Below are positions 40,320 to 52,602 of a DNA stretch of 64,000 bases, one piece after another. The stretch lies in assembly GCF_006345805.1 (NCBI RefSeq), contig NC_043002.1, forward strand, positions 104,904,001 through 104,968,000, given 5' to 3'. This DNA is from Octopus sinensis. Its lineage: Eukaryota. The notes below the pieces were generated by a model. It worked only from the letters and a program-made list of their open reading frames with translations. It did no database searches and was not told the origin of the DNA. Each line of letters begins with the position of its first letter. The first letter of the stretch is position 1. A program made the position numbers and the translations under genes.

Positions 40320-40713
40320 TCTTTATATATAAAACTGTAGTTGTGTGAGTATCTGTCCCCTTCGATTTAGATTCCTAACTACTCCCACATTTTGCGGTGC
40401 AGTTTAACCAAAACCGGGTATCTTATAGTCGTGATTCATATCGAGCCCTTCTGGGCATTAGCTCGCGTCTACAATGAGTCTACGATTTTAAAAATAATTT
40501 ACCATCATTTTTTTCCATTTTCATGCATATTTTTTTAAAGGGAAGTAACTCTCTAAAAATGTCTACGATGAGTCTACGATTTTTAAAAAAATTGACCATG
40601 ATATTTTTTCCATTTTTAATGAATTTTTTTGCTAATTTTTGGCTATAACTCTCTAAAAATGCTGTATAGTTATTTCCCTTACAAACCGGAGCAACGCCGG
40701 GCGATACTGCTAG
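40320..40713 (+). mobile_element. Non-autonomous Helitron
   Basis: 5' TC after host A (40319), 3' CTAG before host T (40714), subterminal hairpin CCGGAGCAACGCCGG about 10 nt upstream of CTAG, and an internal ~95-bp duplication. Confidence 0.88.
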
Positions 40714-41637
40714 TATAATATAAATTCTGGCCGAGATACAGGCTGCGTCCCGCCGAGAAACTAATGAATCTAAATGAATGCCTTGCTTCAGAATTATATC
40801 TCAACACCAAGACAAATAGTTCAGTTGCTGCATCGACGAGTACCATGTTTGCCAAGCAAAGGGGCGTCACTCTCCACCTACGCACTGAATATTTTCTACT
40901 GAAACTTTCGTAATGCATTTCCTGGAATTTTGTTTCCCCCTTATTCACTTCTTCCCCCCCTTCCTATACAACTTCCTCTCACTTAATATATCTTACTTTC
41001 TTTGCATCCCCCCCCCCAAAACGACTGACTTCCTCTCTCCTCTTCCCATCTCTAACTCTGTCTCTCTCGCTCCCTCTCTCTTCCCCTTTATTTATGGCCT
41101 TTCTTTCCTCTTCTTCCCATCTCTCACTTATTCACAATCTCTATGTCACTCTCGATTAAGTCACGTGCAATAAAGCTTAGGGGCCTTAAGCGTTAAGAGC
41201 GAATCTCTCTACGGGTGTGGGTTTGTGTTCTAGCGTGTGGCTATGTGTGTTTGTACACATATGTGTACAGAAGTGGGTGCCTTTTCGAGTGAAATAAGGT
41301 TTGCACGAGGAACTATGAACATGCCTCGTAGATAGCCTATGTCTATTATTATTCAAGTAAGTTAATGTATGTGAGTGTGGGTCGGTATGCGCGCGTGTTG
41401 GTTGCATTCCAATTAACAATTTTGGTTTAGTGATATTTGGAAACACACACACACACACAGTAACAAACAGAGACACACACAAGCGTATATATATATAAAT
41501 GTCAGTAATACACCTATATATAAATATATATCTTATATATATATATTTATAATATATATATGTATGTGTGTATATATGTGTATATATATGTATATATATT
41601 ATATAATATATATAATATCCATACATACCTACACACA

Positions 41638-41676
<39 letters not shown>

Positions 41677-41799
41677 CATGGGTAAATTAGGAAATGGAGT
41701 CAAACGCAGGTGTTATTCAAACCATTTACACTTCCATCATATGTTCCGAGAGAGACATTGACATTATTCCGGAGGGAAAAGTGATGTAAAACAAGGCAT

Positions 41800-42702
41800 T
41801 CATTTCGTCCTAAACAACCTTGTTTTATTTTAAAAGAACACAAACCAATTTTTTAATAATCCAACTTTGCGACTTATTTGTCCTTCTAGCTCGCAAAAAT
41901 ATTCTTGATAAATATACTCATTCTTTACTTAAAAAATTAAAACTTAATTTATGGGCGAATTCGTTCCAAGTGGGTGAATAGTTTAATTCTTTTAATAACA
42001 AGATCTCAACTAAGTTTACTCAGTTCGACATTTCTACTTATTATTCTTCTATTAATCCAATTGTTTTTAACAAAACATTCTGGTTTGCGCACAAACAAAG
42101 CCGGTCACACACGGGATAAAATTAATGTGGTTTTGGCTGCCAGAAAATCAATCATTAAATTAGAAAATATGTTCTGGGTTCGTAAAGATAGGCCTGATTG
42201 TTTTGACATTACGATGGGAAGTTCAGACTCCGCACAAATTTCTGATTTCGTCGGTATCTATATCTTTCTGAGATGATTGACCAATTCCCAACCATCAAAG
42301 GAAGTTTATATCGTGATGATTGTTTACATTATCTTCAAAATATTTCCAACCAAAAATTACAAAGGGTTAAAAATAGATTAGTTAAATTTTGGGGAAACAT
42401 GAGCTTAAACATTATTTTCGATGAAGATATAACTAAAACCAACATTTTAGATATTAGCCTTAACTTATACAATGATTCATATTTCCCATGCCATAATTTA
42501 AAATATAAGAGCGTTTTTAGTAATCACCCGAGGACTATAACAAGAAACTTAGCTAAAAATATCTACTTAGACTTTCATGAGTATCTGCTAATGTTGATAT
42601 ATTTAATGATAAAGCTGAATCTTCTTAACTCTGCTTTACTTAAAGCAGGCTATAAAGAAAAACTTACGTGTCTTAACATTAATTCTGCTTCTATTACTCA
42701 AT
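41800..42702 (+). pseudogene. Penelope-like element reverse transcriptase remnant
   Basis: Collinear PLE RT motifs: FILKEHKP..NNPTLRLICPS, LNLWANS, FTQFDISTYYSSI, WVRKDRPDCFDITMGSSDSAQISDFVGIYI, SLYRDDCL, NILDISLNL, SNHPRTI and ALLKAGY. The sequence is frameshifted and truncated by a SINE. Confidence 0.88.
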
Positions 42703-42703
42703 A

Positions 42704-43010
42704 GTGGAGGCGCAATGGCCCAGTGTTTAGGGTAGCGGACTCGCGGTCGGAGGATTGCGGTTTCGTTTTCCAGACGTGTGTGTGTTTATTTAGCGAAAAC
42801 ACTTGAAGGTCCACGAGACTCTGGCAAGGTGTGGTGGCGACCCCTGTTGTACTCTTTCGGCTGAATTTTCTCTCACTCTCTCATCCGTTTCTTGAGTATC
42901 GCTGCGATGGATTGGCGTCCCGTCTAGCTGAGGGCAACACATACGCCACAGAAACCGGGAAACCGGGCCCATGAGCTTGGCTAGTCTTGAAAAGAGGCAT
43001 AAATAAAATA
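42704..43010 (+). mobile_element. tRNA-derived SINE (family C), tail variant 2
   Basis: GTGGAGGCGCAATGGCCCAGTGTTTAGGGTAGCGGACTCG head; tail CGCTGCGATGGATTGGCGTCCCGTC...CAGAAACCGGG...ATAAATAAA. Confidence 0.85.
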
Positions 43011-43059
43011 TTAATCAAGAGATTAACACACATCCTAAACACTATACAAGCACTGAAAA

Positions 43060-43849
43060 TGGGTGGGTAAAGAAAAATGCATGGTCAATTTCATAGGCAT
43101 GTTGAAGATAAGACAGACAGAGAAAACAGATGACTGTGAACGACTTAAAGTGATTTAAAACCACAAACGGAGGCTCTAATCTGTGTTGCCCAAGAGCAAG
43201 CACTAAGAACAAGCTAAATAAATTATAGAATAGACAACACAGCAGAATGTGATAAGTGCAGATTCTCTGGACAAAGTGGTGAAACTGTATGACATATTAC
43301 CAGCAAAATGTACGCCCCTAGCCCAGAAGAAATATAAGAGACGCCACGACAATATAACCAGGCTTGTCCATTGGACACTTTGCAATAAATATGGATTTGA
43401 CAGAGTAATAAATTGGTACGACCACAAACCTGAAGGTATCGTCGAAAATAGAAATGCAAAGATCCTGGGGATTTTATGATTCAGTGTGACCATGAGATAG
43501 AGAATAGGAAGCCAGAGATAGTCTTAATTGAGAAAGAAAACAAACTATGCTGGATTATAGACATAGCATGCCCAGCTGACAACAACGTATGCGATAAGGA
43601 AGAAAGAAAAGTTGAGAGATATGACAGGTTAGCTTGGGAAGTTAAGCAGTGGTGGTCGATGAAAAAGTTAGCAGTATAACCAATAATTGTCGAAGCCCTA
43701 GGAACAGTGAGCAACAATCACGAGAAGAACGTGGAACAGATATGGGCTGTAATAAGAGTGGAACACTTGCAGAAAAGAGTACTGCTCAGAACCGCTCTAA
43801 TACTCCTAAAGGTGCTCAAAAAATAAGAGGTGTTGCCTCAGTTCCCTGG

Positions 43850-43850
<1 letters not shown>
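43060..43850 (+). pseudogene. R4/Dong-clade non-LTR retrotransposon C-terminus (CCHC knuckle plus restriction-like endonuclease)
   Basis: MHGQF, LKPQTEALICVAQEQALRT, CRFSGQSGETV*HITSKC, YKRRHDN, WYDHKPE, NRKPEIVLIEK...IIDIACPAD..KEERKVERY and ALGTV. Confidence 0.9.
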
Positions 43851-43899
<49 letters not shown>

Positions 43900-44101
43900 G
43901 GGGGTGTATGTTGTGTGTGCGTATGCATGTGTGTGTACCCTTGTATTAGCAGGTTTGTATTAGGGATGAAATATTCACAATTGCACAGATCTACAATTAA
44001 GTTTCTTCTTGAATATGGCATGGTAGAAATATATGTGTGCGCGCACGCACGTGTATGAAAGCATAAAGACTCACACACACACACACACACACACACACCA
44101 C

Positions 44102-44147
<46 letters not shown>

Positions 44148-44707
44148 CTTGTCTCGTTTTCAATTGAATGAAATATTTATCGCTACCATTCACACAGATA
44201 TACGATGTTTCAACATATTATCTATTTGATTTCTAAAATCCTACACACACACACACACACACAATTTCATGTACATGTGTATATGTAACCATACATCCGC
44301 TCGCTTACACATGCACACTCACATGTCTTTTGCGTGTGATTGCTTGCATGTATGTGTGTCGGTACGTAGAGTGTCTGTATCGCTGCGTACGTAATTACCC
44401 GTATGTGATACATACACACATACACACATGGACACACATAGATATATAATCCTTCCTTACAGTAGACATGTTAAACTATTTCCCGTTTCACTCTCTCACG
44501 AACAACAATTCCAAGCTCTTATATAACCAGTTCACTTTTTTATTGATCTCCGCTGCAGAATCATTAAATATCTATTATGATCGATTATGTGTAAATGTAC
44601 TCGCTAACCTATACAAAATGGATCCTCGCAGTTTTGTTAAATTCTTTCAAACATATGTGACAATTGTATGTATGTGATAATGCAATGCGGATTTCATTAT
44701 AAATATC

Positions 44708-44739
<32 letters not shown>

Positions 44740-45231
44740 GGCGAGTGTACCAAAGCTTCTGCCAGATATGTTGCACTCAATTCTGACTCTACTGTATTAA
44801 ATGGGATCGACAGAATCCATTATGCTGTCCTGTAACGTTGGCTCATCCACGACCAATCTCAATATTAACAAAAAGACAACAGAAAGTGACACGTTTCATA
44901 TAGATAAGCATAGAATTAGTAGACTGAGAAAATGCCTCGCATATTTTTCCGGTTAAAGAAATGAAGAAATGAGATTGATGTAATCGTCAAATCACTTCCA
45001 CCAAACTTCATGCGTTGATTCGCACGATTATATTAATAATTTTTCGAGGGGAAAAGAGGGAGTCGACTACGTTGACCCTAGTTCTTGAGTGCTAGCCATT
45101 TTATCGATTGCGAGGGGTGGAAGACAATGCAGACCCTCGGCAGAATTTGAGCTCAGAAACTTAGACGACCAATATACAGCTATTTATCGTGGCCTGCTAT
45201 CGCTTCTATAAGCTCGACGCCTTTATAATTA

Positions 45232-45785
45232 AAATGGTGGCTGCCCCCTCGTTATCGAGTATGGCCATTGCACGAAGCTTTATCAATGTTGTTATCGTGC
45301 AATGCCTGTGCAAGAAGATTTGTTTTTAAATGAGGAAAGGCTGTGCACTCAGTCAATCCCACTCACTAAGCAACAGCAGCCATAATCCGAAAAGAAGAAA
45401 AAATCAACATCATCGGTAACCACTGAGCCGCAGGTTTATGTCGGAGTTATCCCAGTTACCTGGGTCACCTTCTCCTAGAAGGATGCCCTAACAAAGGCTA
45501 GGAGTCCTTCACTCCCAATGGTTTAACCGCGCGATCGGGTATTCAATCCGATTATTTCTATGTCCCCACGTATGATACAGCCTTAAGACATTTATTGGAT
45601 GGTCGTTGACTCTCAAGAGTTCCTCCGCCCTTTGACGTGACGGGTTTTGTTTTTCATCCCGCAGGGTGTCCAATAAACACCAAGCAAGCTTGGTGGGGCT
45701 GCCGCTTTAGTCGCCGATGACCCGACCATGTAACAGGTTGTACTGGGTCACATGTTACCAGTAGCACTTGAAAGTGATTTGACAT
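45232..45785 (-). mobile_element. Probable non-autonomous RTE-derived element (5' UTR fused to 3' end)
   Basis: Minus strand contains CTCCTAGCCTTTGTTAGGGCATCCTTCTAGGAGAAGG (RTE 5'-UTR-like) and ends ATGGCCATACTCGATAACGAGGGGGCAGCCACC. It is a GC-richer island with no ORF. Confidence 0.5.
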
Positions 45786-46224
45786 AATAATTAAAATACT
45801 ACTACTAATAATAATAATAATACCACGAACTGGCAGATTTGTTGTTGCATCGGGCACTGTACTTAGTGGCATTTAAGATCTGCGGTCGCTGAAGTCAACT
45901 TCGCTTTCCATTCTTTCAGGGTCGATTAAATAAATACCAGTCAAGTAATGGGGTCGATGTAATGGATTACACACTTCCATCAAGATTGATGGACTTGTGC
46001 CAAACTTAGAAAGAATTAATATTTTTGTTCACATCTATGTCATGTCTTGTCTCCTTCCCGCAGCTCAGAAACGCAGCACTTACCTCATCTCACGAGCAGC
46101 TCCTAGTATTGCTGCCAACTGAAGACTTCCTATGAAGTTTGGTATTTGCTATCATTGTTGTTGTTGTTGTTGTTGTTCTCGCTGTAATTGTTGTTGTTGT
46201 TGTTGTTAATGATCTTTGTGCTGC

Positions 46225-46273
<49 letters not shown>

Positions 46274-46279
46274 GCTATT

Positions 46280-46415
46280 AATTCCGTCGAGGTCGACTTT
46301 GCCTTTCATTCTTTCGGGTTCGATAAAATAAGTACCAGTCAGGTACTGGGGTCGATGTGATTGACTTACCTGCTCCCCACAAATTTCAGTCCTTGTGACT
46401 ATAAAAGAAGGGATA
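46280..46415 (+). mobile_element. 5'-truncated SINE family A copy (other fragments at ~45045-45222 minus and ~45865-46015 plus)
   Basis: AATTCCGTCGAGGTCGACTTTGCCTTTCATTCTTTCGGGTTCGATAAAATAAGTACCAG. Confidence 0.8.
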
Positions 46416-46438
46416 ATTTTTATTTATTTATTTATTTT

Positions 46439-46672
46439 GGTTTCACTCAGATTTGCTCTTATTCCTGGCAGCGTTTAAGTGGATAGCAGGTTACTACTAG
46501 TAACCTTAGGTATTCAGAAGTTTTCAGCAATCTTTCAAGTGCTTACAACCTCCTGATAACCTTTGCTGTCCCAAAGAGTCAAACTTTCTCTGGGAGTTCT
46601 ACTGGGAATTGTATTCCAATCTCCCTCAGCCTCTGGTCTATAAATTGGCTTACTGTTCCCAGCACACCAATA
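46439..46672 (-). mobile_element. R4/Dong-clade LINE 3' fragment
   Basis: Minus strand translates IGVLGTVSQFIDQRLREIGIQFPVELPEKV*LFGTAKVIRRL, homologous to the end of 43060-43850. It is flanked by (TTTA)n and (TAA)n. Confidence 0.7.
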
Positions 46673-46798
46673 TATAGTCCAGTGGCTATAATAATAATGA
46701 TAATAATAATAATAATAAATTAATCTTAACTTTTTATTATTATTAGTAGTAGTAGTAGTAGTAGTAGTAGCAGTAGTAGTAGAGGCGGCAGCAGCAGC

Positions 46799-46829
<31 letters not shown>

Positions 46830-47483
46830 AAACGTTAAACACGTTACTAGTTGATGTAGCTATGTTTAATAGCTCTCTAAATGTTTTGAGACTCAGAAAA
46901 GAGAATATAATTTTCCTCTGTGTCTGTGCATCAAGATTATATTGTCAACTCTAAATTTTGCATCCAGGAAAAAAATATTGGTGTTGAGTGCAGTCGAGAG
47001 AACCGAACATATTTTATTGGTATTTTTTTTTTAAACCACGAACGATTAAAGGCAATTTTGTTACTTCGTTGAATTTGAATGGAGAACAAAAAAGAATGAT
47101 GAAACTAAATAGCAAAGCCTTTTTAACCAAACATTAGTTTGAAGGTCACTTGTGTACGTCGTGTACAAACGTGTAAATTAACTGTTATTTATGTTTGTCT
47201 TTTATAAATTGTTTCATCTTAATGTTCGTACAACTTAACCGCTCTCACTATTCGTGTAAAGGCGCTAACGAACCCGTAACCAGCTACCACAAGAGAATGA
47301 CTATAAGCAAACACATCTGAGTCTAAGAGACTTGAAAAACAAAAAAGTAAATAGATAACTTAAATTGAATTTAAAGAAGAATATGAGTGGATACGTTTCT
47401 AAACTCATATAATATATATATTATATAGATATATATATATAATATATGTATAATACGAGAAAGAAGCAACAAGAATGGATTAG

Positions 47484-47574
47484 TTTTAGTACAATTGTTT
47501 CATACAAAGACAGGCTTTATTACAAGTTGCAAAAATTGCAGCAGATAAAAGTGTCCCGTACTCATCAGCTAAAA
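47484..47574 (-). ncRNA. Type I hammerhead ribozyme with long stem II
   Basis: UUUUAG-CUGAUGA-GUACGGGAC...GUCUUUGUAU-GAA-ACAAUUGU-A-CUAAAA. Confidence 0.85.
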
Positions 47575-48339
47575 TACATATGAGTTCTCTAGACATCTTA
47601 GTGGGTGAGGTTATACTCATGAAATATTGGAGATAATTCCATTAAAGGCAGATATGGTTGTAAACAGTTTTCCAAAGTTCCTTAATGATGATGCTCAGTC
47701 TTATCACAGATTTTAAAAAACTTATTAGTTCGAAGAGAAGATGAATTAATCCATAGTGTAGATTTAAATTTCCAGAGATATGAGGAGGATGATGCACAGA
47801 CTTATCACAGGTTTTTAAAAACTTATTAGCTTCACAGAAAGGTGAATTATCCGTAGTGAAGATTTAAATTTCCGCGGTAGAGGAGGAACTTCATACTCAC
47901 AGGCGATGTATTTAACCATTATTAATCCACAATCATTTCATGCTATATGATAAGGTAATTTGCCATACTACTGCTCTCCGTGCAAAACTGATATGTTAAG
48001 ATTTCTAAAGGCTGAAGGAAATTATTTGTGGGGCGAAAGAAAAGAAAAAGAAAAAAGAAAGAGAAAAGAAAAGGCAAAAAAAAAAAAAAAATAAAAGGAG
48101 AAAGAAAGAAAGAGAGAGCAAAGAAGAAAAAGAACAAGAAGACAAAGAAGAAAGAAAAAGAAAAAGAAGACAAGAAAAGGAAAAAAAGAAAAAGAAAAAA
48201 AGAAAGAGAAAAAGAGAAGAGAGAACAGAGAAGATAAAAAAAAGAAAAAGAAAAAGAAAAAGAAAAAAAGAAAAAAAGAAAAAGGAAAAGAAAAAAAGAA
48301 AAAAGGGGAAGAGAGAGAAAAGAAAATAACTCATATGTA

Positions 48340-48430
48340 TTTTAGCTGATGAGTACGGGACACTTTTATCTGCTGCAATTTATGCAACTTGTAATAAAGC
48401 CTGTCTTTGTATGAAACAATTGTACTAAAA
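48340..48430 (+). ncRNA. Type I hammerhead ribozyme with long stem II (inverted copy)
   Basis: TTTTAG(48340-45) CTGATGA(48346-52) GTACGGGAC...GTCTTTGTAT GAAA(48413-16) CAATTG TA(48423-24) CTAAAA. Confidence 0.85.
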
Positions 48431-48591
48431 ACTAATCCATTCTTGTTGCTTCTTTCTCGTTTATAATCACCCCACATTACTGTATGGTTAACACCATATA
48501 GTTTTTCTGGTGCATCTAAGTTAAGTACCACATTCAAGTAAATTCATTGGAATTTACTTGAATCTTAATTGCTTTGATGAATATATATATA

Positions 48592-48639
<48 letters not shown>

Positions 48640-48641
<2 letters not shown>

Positions 48642-48892
48642 TTTATAAATAGGGTTCAGCAACGATTGCTTCACCACATACCGAAGTTTAGAAGTAGCAA
48701 TAAAAAAAATCTTAGCTATTCCTTCTACTTTTTTGACTGCTATTTCTAAACTTCGGTGTATGGTGAAGCGAATCGTTGCTGAACCCTATTATAAAGTATT
48801 AGTTAAGCTTACCATGAAATGGTCTTTTTCATGCCGAATTCTGCTTGGTTAAATTACTGATTACTTCTTAATTAATTAATTTTACCCTTTGT

Positions 48893-48895
<3 letters not shown>
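48640..48895. mobile_element. Fold-back short element between (TA)n tracts
   Basis: ~60-bp inverted arms at 48640-48699 and 48738-48798. The terminus AATGGTC...AATTAATTAATTTTACCCT is like that of 3731-4050. Confidence 0.78.
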
Positions 48896-48938
<43 letters not shown>

Positions 48939-48942
48939 ATAT

Positions 48943-49187
48943 ATACCAGAGTAAGCACATACATGCGAAACAAGGTGGAAAAAAATAGTACTCGAATACC
49001 AGAGGTAGAGTAATATCTTTTATTAAAATGCATCAAAAATATCACGAAAGCTGTTACTCAGATTCTCTCGTTCCCGTTCGTGGAACAGTCATGTTTAGAA
49101 ACATTGTAAACATAATTATCCGACGAACGGGAGCGTAAAACTCTGAGTAACAGTTTTTGTTATATTTTTAATGCTTTTTAATAAAGT
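48943..49187. mobile_element. Fold-back short element with variant HHR motif in both arms
   Basis: Arms at ~49017-49084 and 49119-49187. Plus 49120-49153 reads CCGACGA-ACG ggag CGU-aAA-ACUCUGAGU-A-ACAG, and the minus copy 49051-49088 supplies the 5' CUGU of stem I. Confidence 0.7.
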
Positions 49188-49220
49188 ATATATATATATA
49201 TATATATATACACTTTTATA

Positions 49221-49615
49221 TTTTACTCTTTTACTTGTTTTAGTCATTTCGCTGTGGCCATGCTGGAGTACCGCCTTTAGTCGAGCGAATCGACCCCAGG
49301 ACTTATTCTTTGTAAGCCTAGTACTTATTCTATTGGTCTCTTTTGTCAAACCACTAAGTTATGGGGATGTAAACACACCAGCACCGGTTGTCAAGCGATG
49401 TTGGGGGGGGCAAACACAAGCACACACACACACACACACATATATATATACATACATATATACGACGGGCTTCTTTCAGTTTCTGTCTACCAAATCCACT
49501 CACAAGGCTTTGGTCGACCCGAGGCTATAGTATAAGACACTTGCCCAAGATGCCACGCAGTAGGACTGAGCCCGAAACCATGTGGTTGGTAAGCAAGCTA
49601 CTTACCACACAGCCA
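49221..49615 (-). mobile_element. SINE family B
   Basis: Homologous to 39228-39653, including the internal microsatellite. Confidence 0.88.
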
Positions 49616-51285
49616 AATATATATATGACTTTTACTCTCCACTCAGAGAGAAACTACGAGTGCATGTAAGTATTGCATCTCAAGTGAAAACAACTTGAGT
49701 ATCAAATTAACATTGCCAACCCCACGACTGGGAAATTTCAGAATTTATAGTCGTAGTAATAATCTTTCCGGATTATATGGACATAAAGAATGTTAGAGGA
49801 AGGAAACATAATGAAAATACAAACAGCGAAGAATTGCATAGAGAAAAGAAGAAAAGTAAAAACAGTTCTTAAAATTAAAAATATTGAAAAGATAAATGAG
49901 AGAGATAGAGTTAGGACAGGCAGAACAAACAGAATAATAAAAGACAAGCATAACAAACCGAAAAATAAAAAGACAAGCAAACGAAAACCCAGCATGACTA
50001 CAGAATATTGACCAGCAAAATATTTCTAAGAATAGAAAGTTCTAAAACTGGATATGTTGAACATGCCAATAACGTAAACGTAGAAATTGGTAAGCATTAA
50101 AATCAATAGAATATCTTCCTATGGACTAAATTTAACAATAGCATAGAAACAGCAATAAGAGTAGGCAAACAAGCGTAGACAGAAGGTAATATCAATCTGG
50201 TTGGCCAATTAAGTGTGTAGCAGCGGAGTAGTCAGATAGAAAAGTAGATACTTCCTGAAAACATAATATAACGACATTTAAACCCAGGCAAACATTGTGG
50301 GAGACAAATATACAGACAAAGATATCAAATAAAAGTAATATTTCATATAACGAAATGTAATAAGAAAAGAACATTCTAGAACAAAAAATAAGAAATTCCA
50401 ATGAAATACAAGTTAACAAAAAAAATTGTAGAGGAAATGAAAGATGTAAGGCAAGGGATCCTCGATAAATCGCAAATAGTTCGTACCAACAACTCGGTTC
50501 AAACGAAAACAACTGCAAGACATAAATGTTATTTAAGGGAGGGTTGCTGGAACAATTTAGATTACCTTCGTTAAAAAAAAATTCTAGGGAAATGTTGAGA
50601 AAATAGTAATTGTTGATTTAAATATTATAGAAAAATGGCAACATGAAAAAATGTCGGAACTGAGGGGAAAAAATGCACCAAAATTGATGCTGAAATATTT
50701 ACAAAGTAACATGAATTTCCCGCGAAATACAGAGTGAGAAAATTGTAAGGCACTTCGTGTAATACAAGGATTGTAGAGTCAAGAATTTCTGACCTACACA
50801 GGCTGGAAGGAAATTTGAAAGAATCTGGTATAAATTATACATACAGGGTTACAAGGATGCGGTGCTTTTCCTCAACATTAAAATTATTATAAAATAATTT
50901 TTCCATGAAAACATATAAAGTAGTAAAGATTGAATAGAAATATTCATACAAAAATAAAACAAGATTTTGATTAAAGTACTTTTCTGAACGGAGTCGGACA
51001 ACATAAAAAAATTAAGTGCAGAACTAAAAATTCCGACAGGATTAGGGGAGACAAAAACAGGTAAATGAATACAAACTAGAAGTAGAATCGGAAATGGATT
51101 TACCTATTTCAAACTAGGGTGTATTTACGATTTCACCCACGTTATTAATATTTGATCATTGTGTCAACTGTCTAATTGACAAAAGAAAACAATATTTGCC
51201 AAAGCCAGCACAGCAGTTACAATACAAGAATCGTCCCGCAAAAAATAGCAAAAAAACGATATCGTTAGGCTGGATATAGAATATA

Positions 51286-51470
51286 TATTTCTTTACTACC
51301 CACAAGGGGCTAAACATAGAGGGGACAAACAAGGACAGAGAAAGGGATAAAGTCGATTGCATCGACCCAGTGCGAAACTGGTACTTTATTTATCGACCAC
51401 GAGAGGTTGAAAGGCAAATTCGATCTCGGCGGAATTTGAACTCAGAACATAACGACAGACGAAATACTGA
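51286..51470 (-). mobile_element. 5'-truncated SINE family A with 12-bp TSD
   Basis: ATATAGAATATA occurs at 51274-51285 and 51471-51482; the body matches 3065-3250. Confidence 0.9.
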
Positions 51471-51586
51471 ATATAGAATATAAATGCCAATATTTTAAGG
51501 CACAAGGAAAATATTACATTTGTTAAAGTCGTGGTGTACACAAGCCGAAAGGGAATTTATATTTAATTTATATATATATATATAAT

Positions 51587-51646
<60 letters not shown>

Positions 51647-51693
51647 ATATATATACTATATATATATATATAATATATATATGATATATATAT

Positions 51694-51741
<48 letters not shown>

Positions 51742-51883
51742 CACATATATATATATAATCATTACCATGATTATGAGGTACTGATTTCGATTCACGGACC
51801 GTGCTGTGTTATGTTCTTCAGAAAGACAGTTTATTTCACGTTGTTCCACTTCACTCAGCTGTATAAATGAGTTGCAGTGTCAC

Positions 51884-51920
<37 letters not shown>

Positions 51921-51921
51921 A

Positions 51922-51953
<32 letters not shown>

Positions 51954-51969
51954 ATCTATATATATATAC

Positions 51970-52002
<33 letters not shown>

Positions 52003-52169
52003 AGTGTGTGTGTATGTGTGTGTGTATATATAAATGTATATATATATAAATACATATATACAGTATATGCATGTGTGTATCTATGCATGTATATAGTAAC
52101 TTTTAAATCCAATTAAGTATTCTTATAACACCGAATGTTGCGTCATTAGAGTGTGAATGGCGCTGGAAA

Positions 52170-52213
52170 TATCATATCACGTGATTTCAATCTATTGGGA
52201 GTCATCAGAGACA
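52170..52213 (-). ncRNA. Hammerhead motif with intact core and eroded stem II
   Basis: UGUCu-CUGAUGA-cucccaauagauu-GAA-AUCACGUGAU-A-uGAUA, with a perfect 10-nt palindromic stem III. A partial inverted copy lies at 52273-52292. Confidence 0.6.
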
Positions 52214-52540
52214 AGAACCGGGTGACAGAATGCTAGTGTTACCATGATATATACATTTTCAGGATTAATGCAGTCTCTGATGACGCAAATAGCCAGAAGA
52301 TTTGTTAAGATTTAATTGTTAGCGACGGAAGCAGTGCAAATACGAAAAGGTAATCGTTATACCCAACTAAACGTGGATGCCTTGTTTGAATGCCAAAAAT
52401 TGCGATGAGAGAGGTGAGACATCCCTCATGTTGGCACCTGGTGCGTGACAGCAAACACATAGATCGTAGCAGATGAAACTCATTGCGAATACTGCACATA
52501 TACACACACACTTACACACACAAAAACACACACACACAAC

Positions 52541-52602
<62 letters not shown>

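Larger units (their letters stand above)
47455..48460. mobile_element. PLE-like element with ~132-bp inverted HHR-containing arms (47455-47586 and 48328-48460)
   Basis: The arms are near-identical reverse complements. The interior has a ~100-bp tandem duplication, a possible GIY-YIG vestige (minus 47960-47900, LPYHIA*NDCGLIMVKYIA) and a 300-bp A/G tract. Confidence 0.82.

Noticed and set aside
45610-45690. Twister-like skeleton in the RTE-like 5' UTR (minus CACCCU..CGGG..CCCG..AGGGCG-GAG)
   Set aside because: It lacks the conserved UAA cleavage loop and the pseudoknot pairings. No HDV-like fold could be built either.
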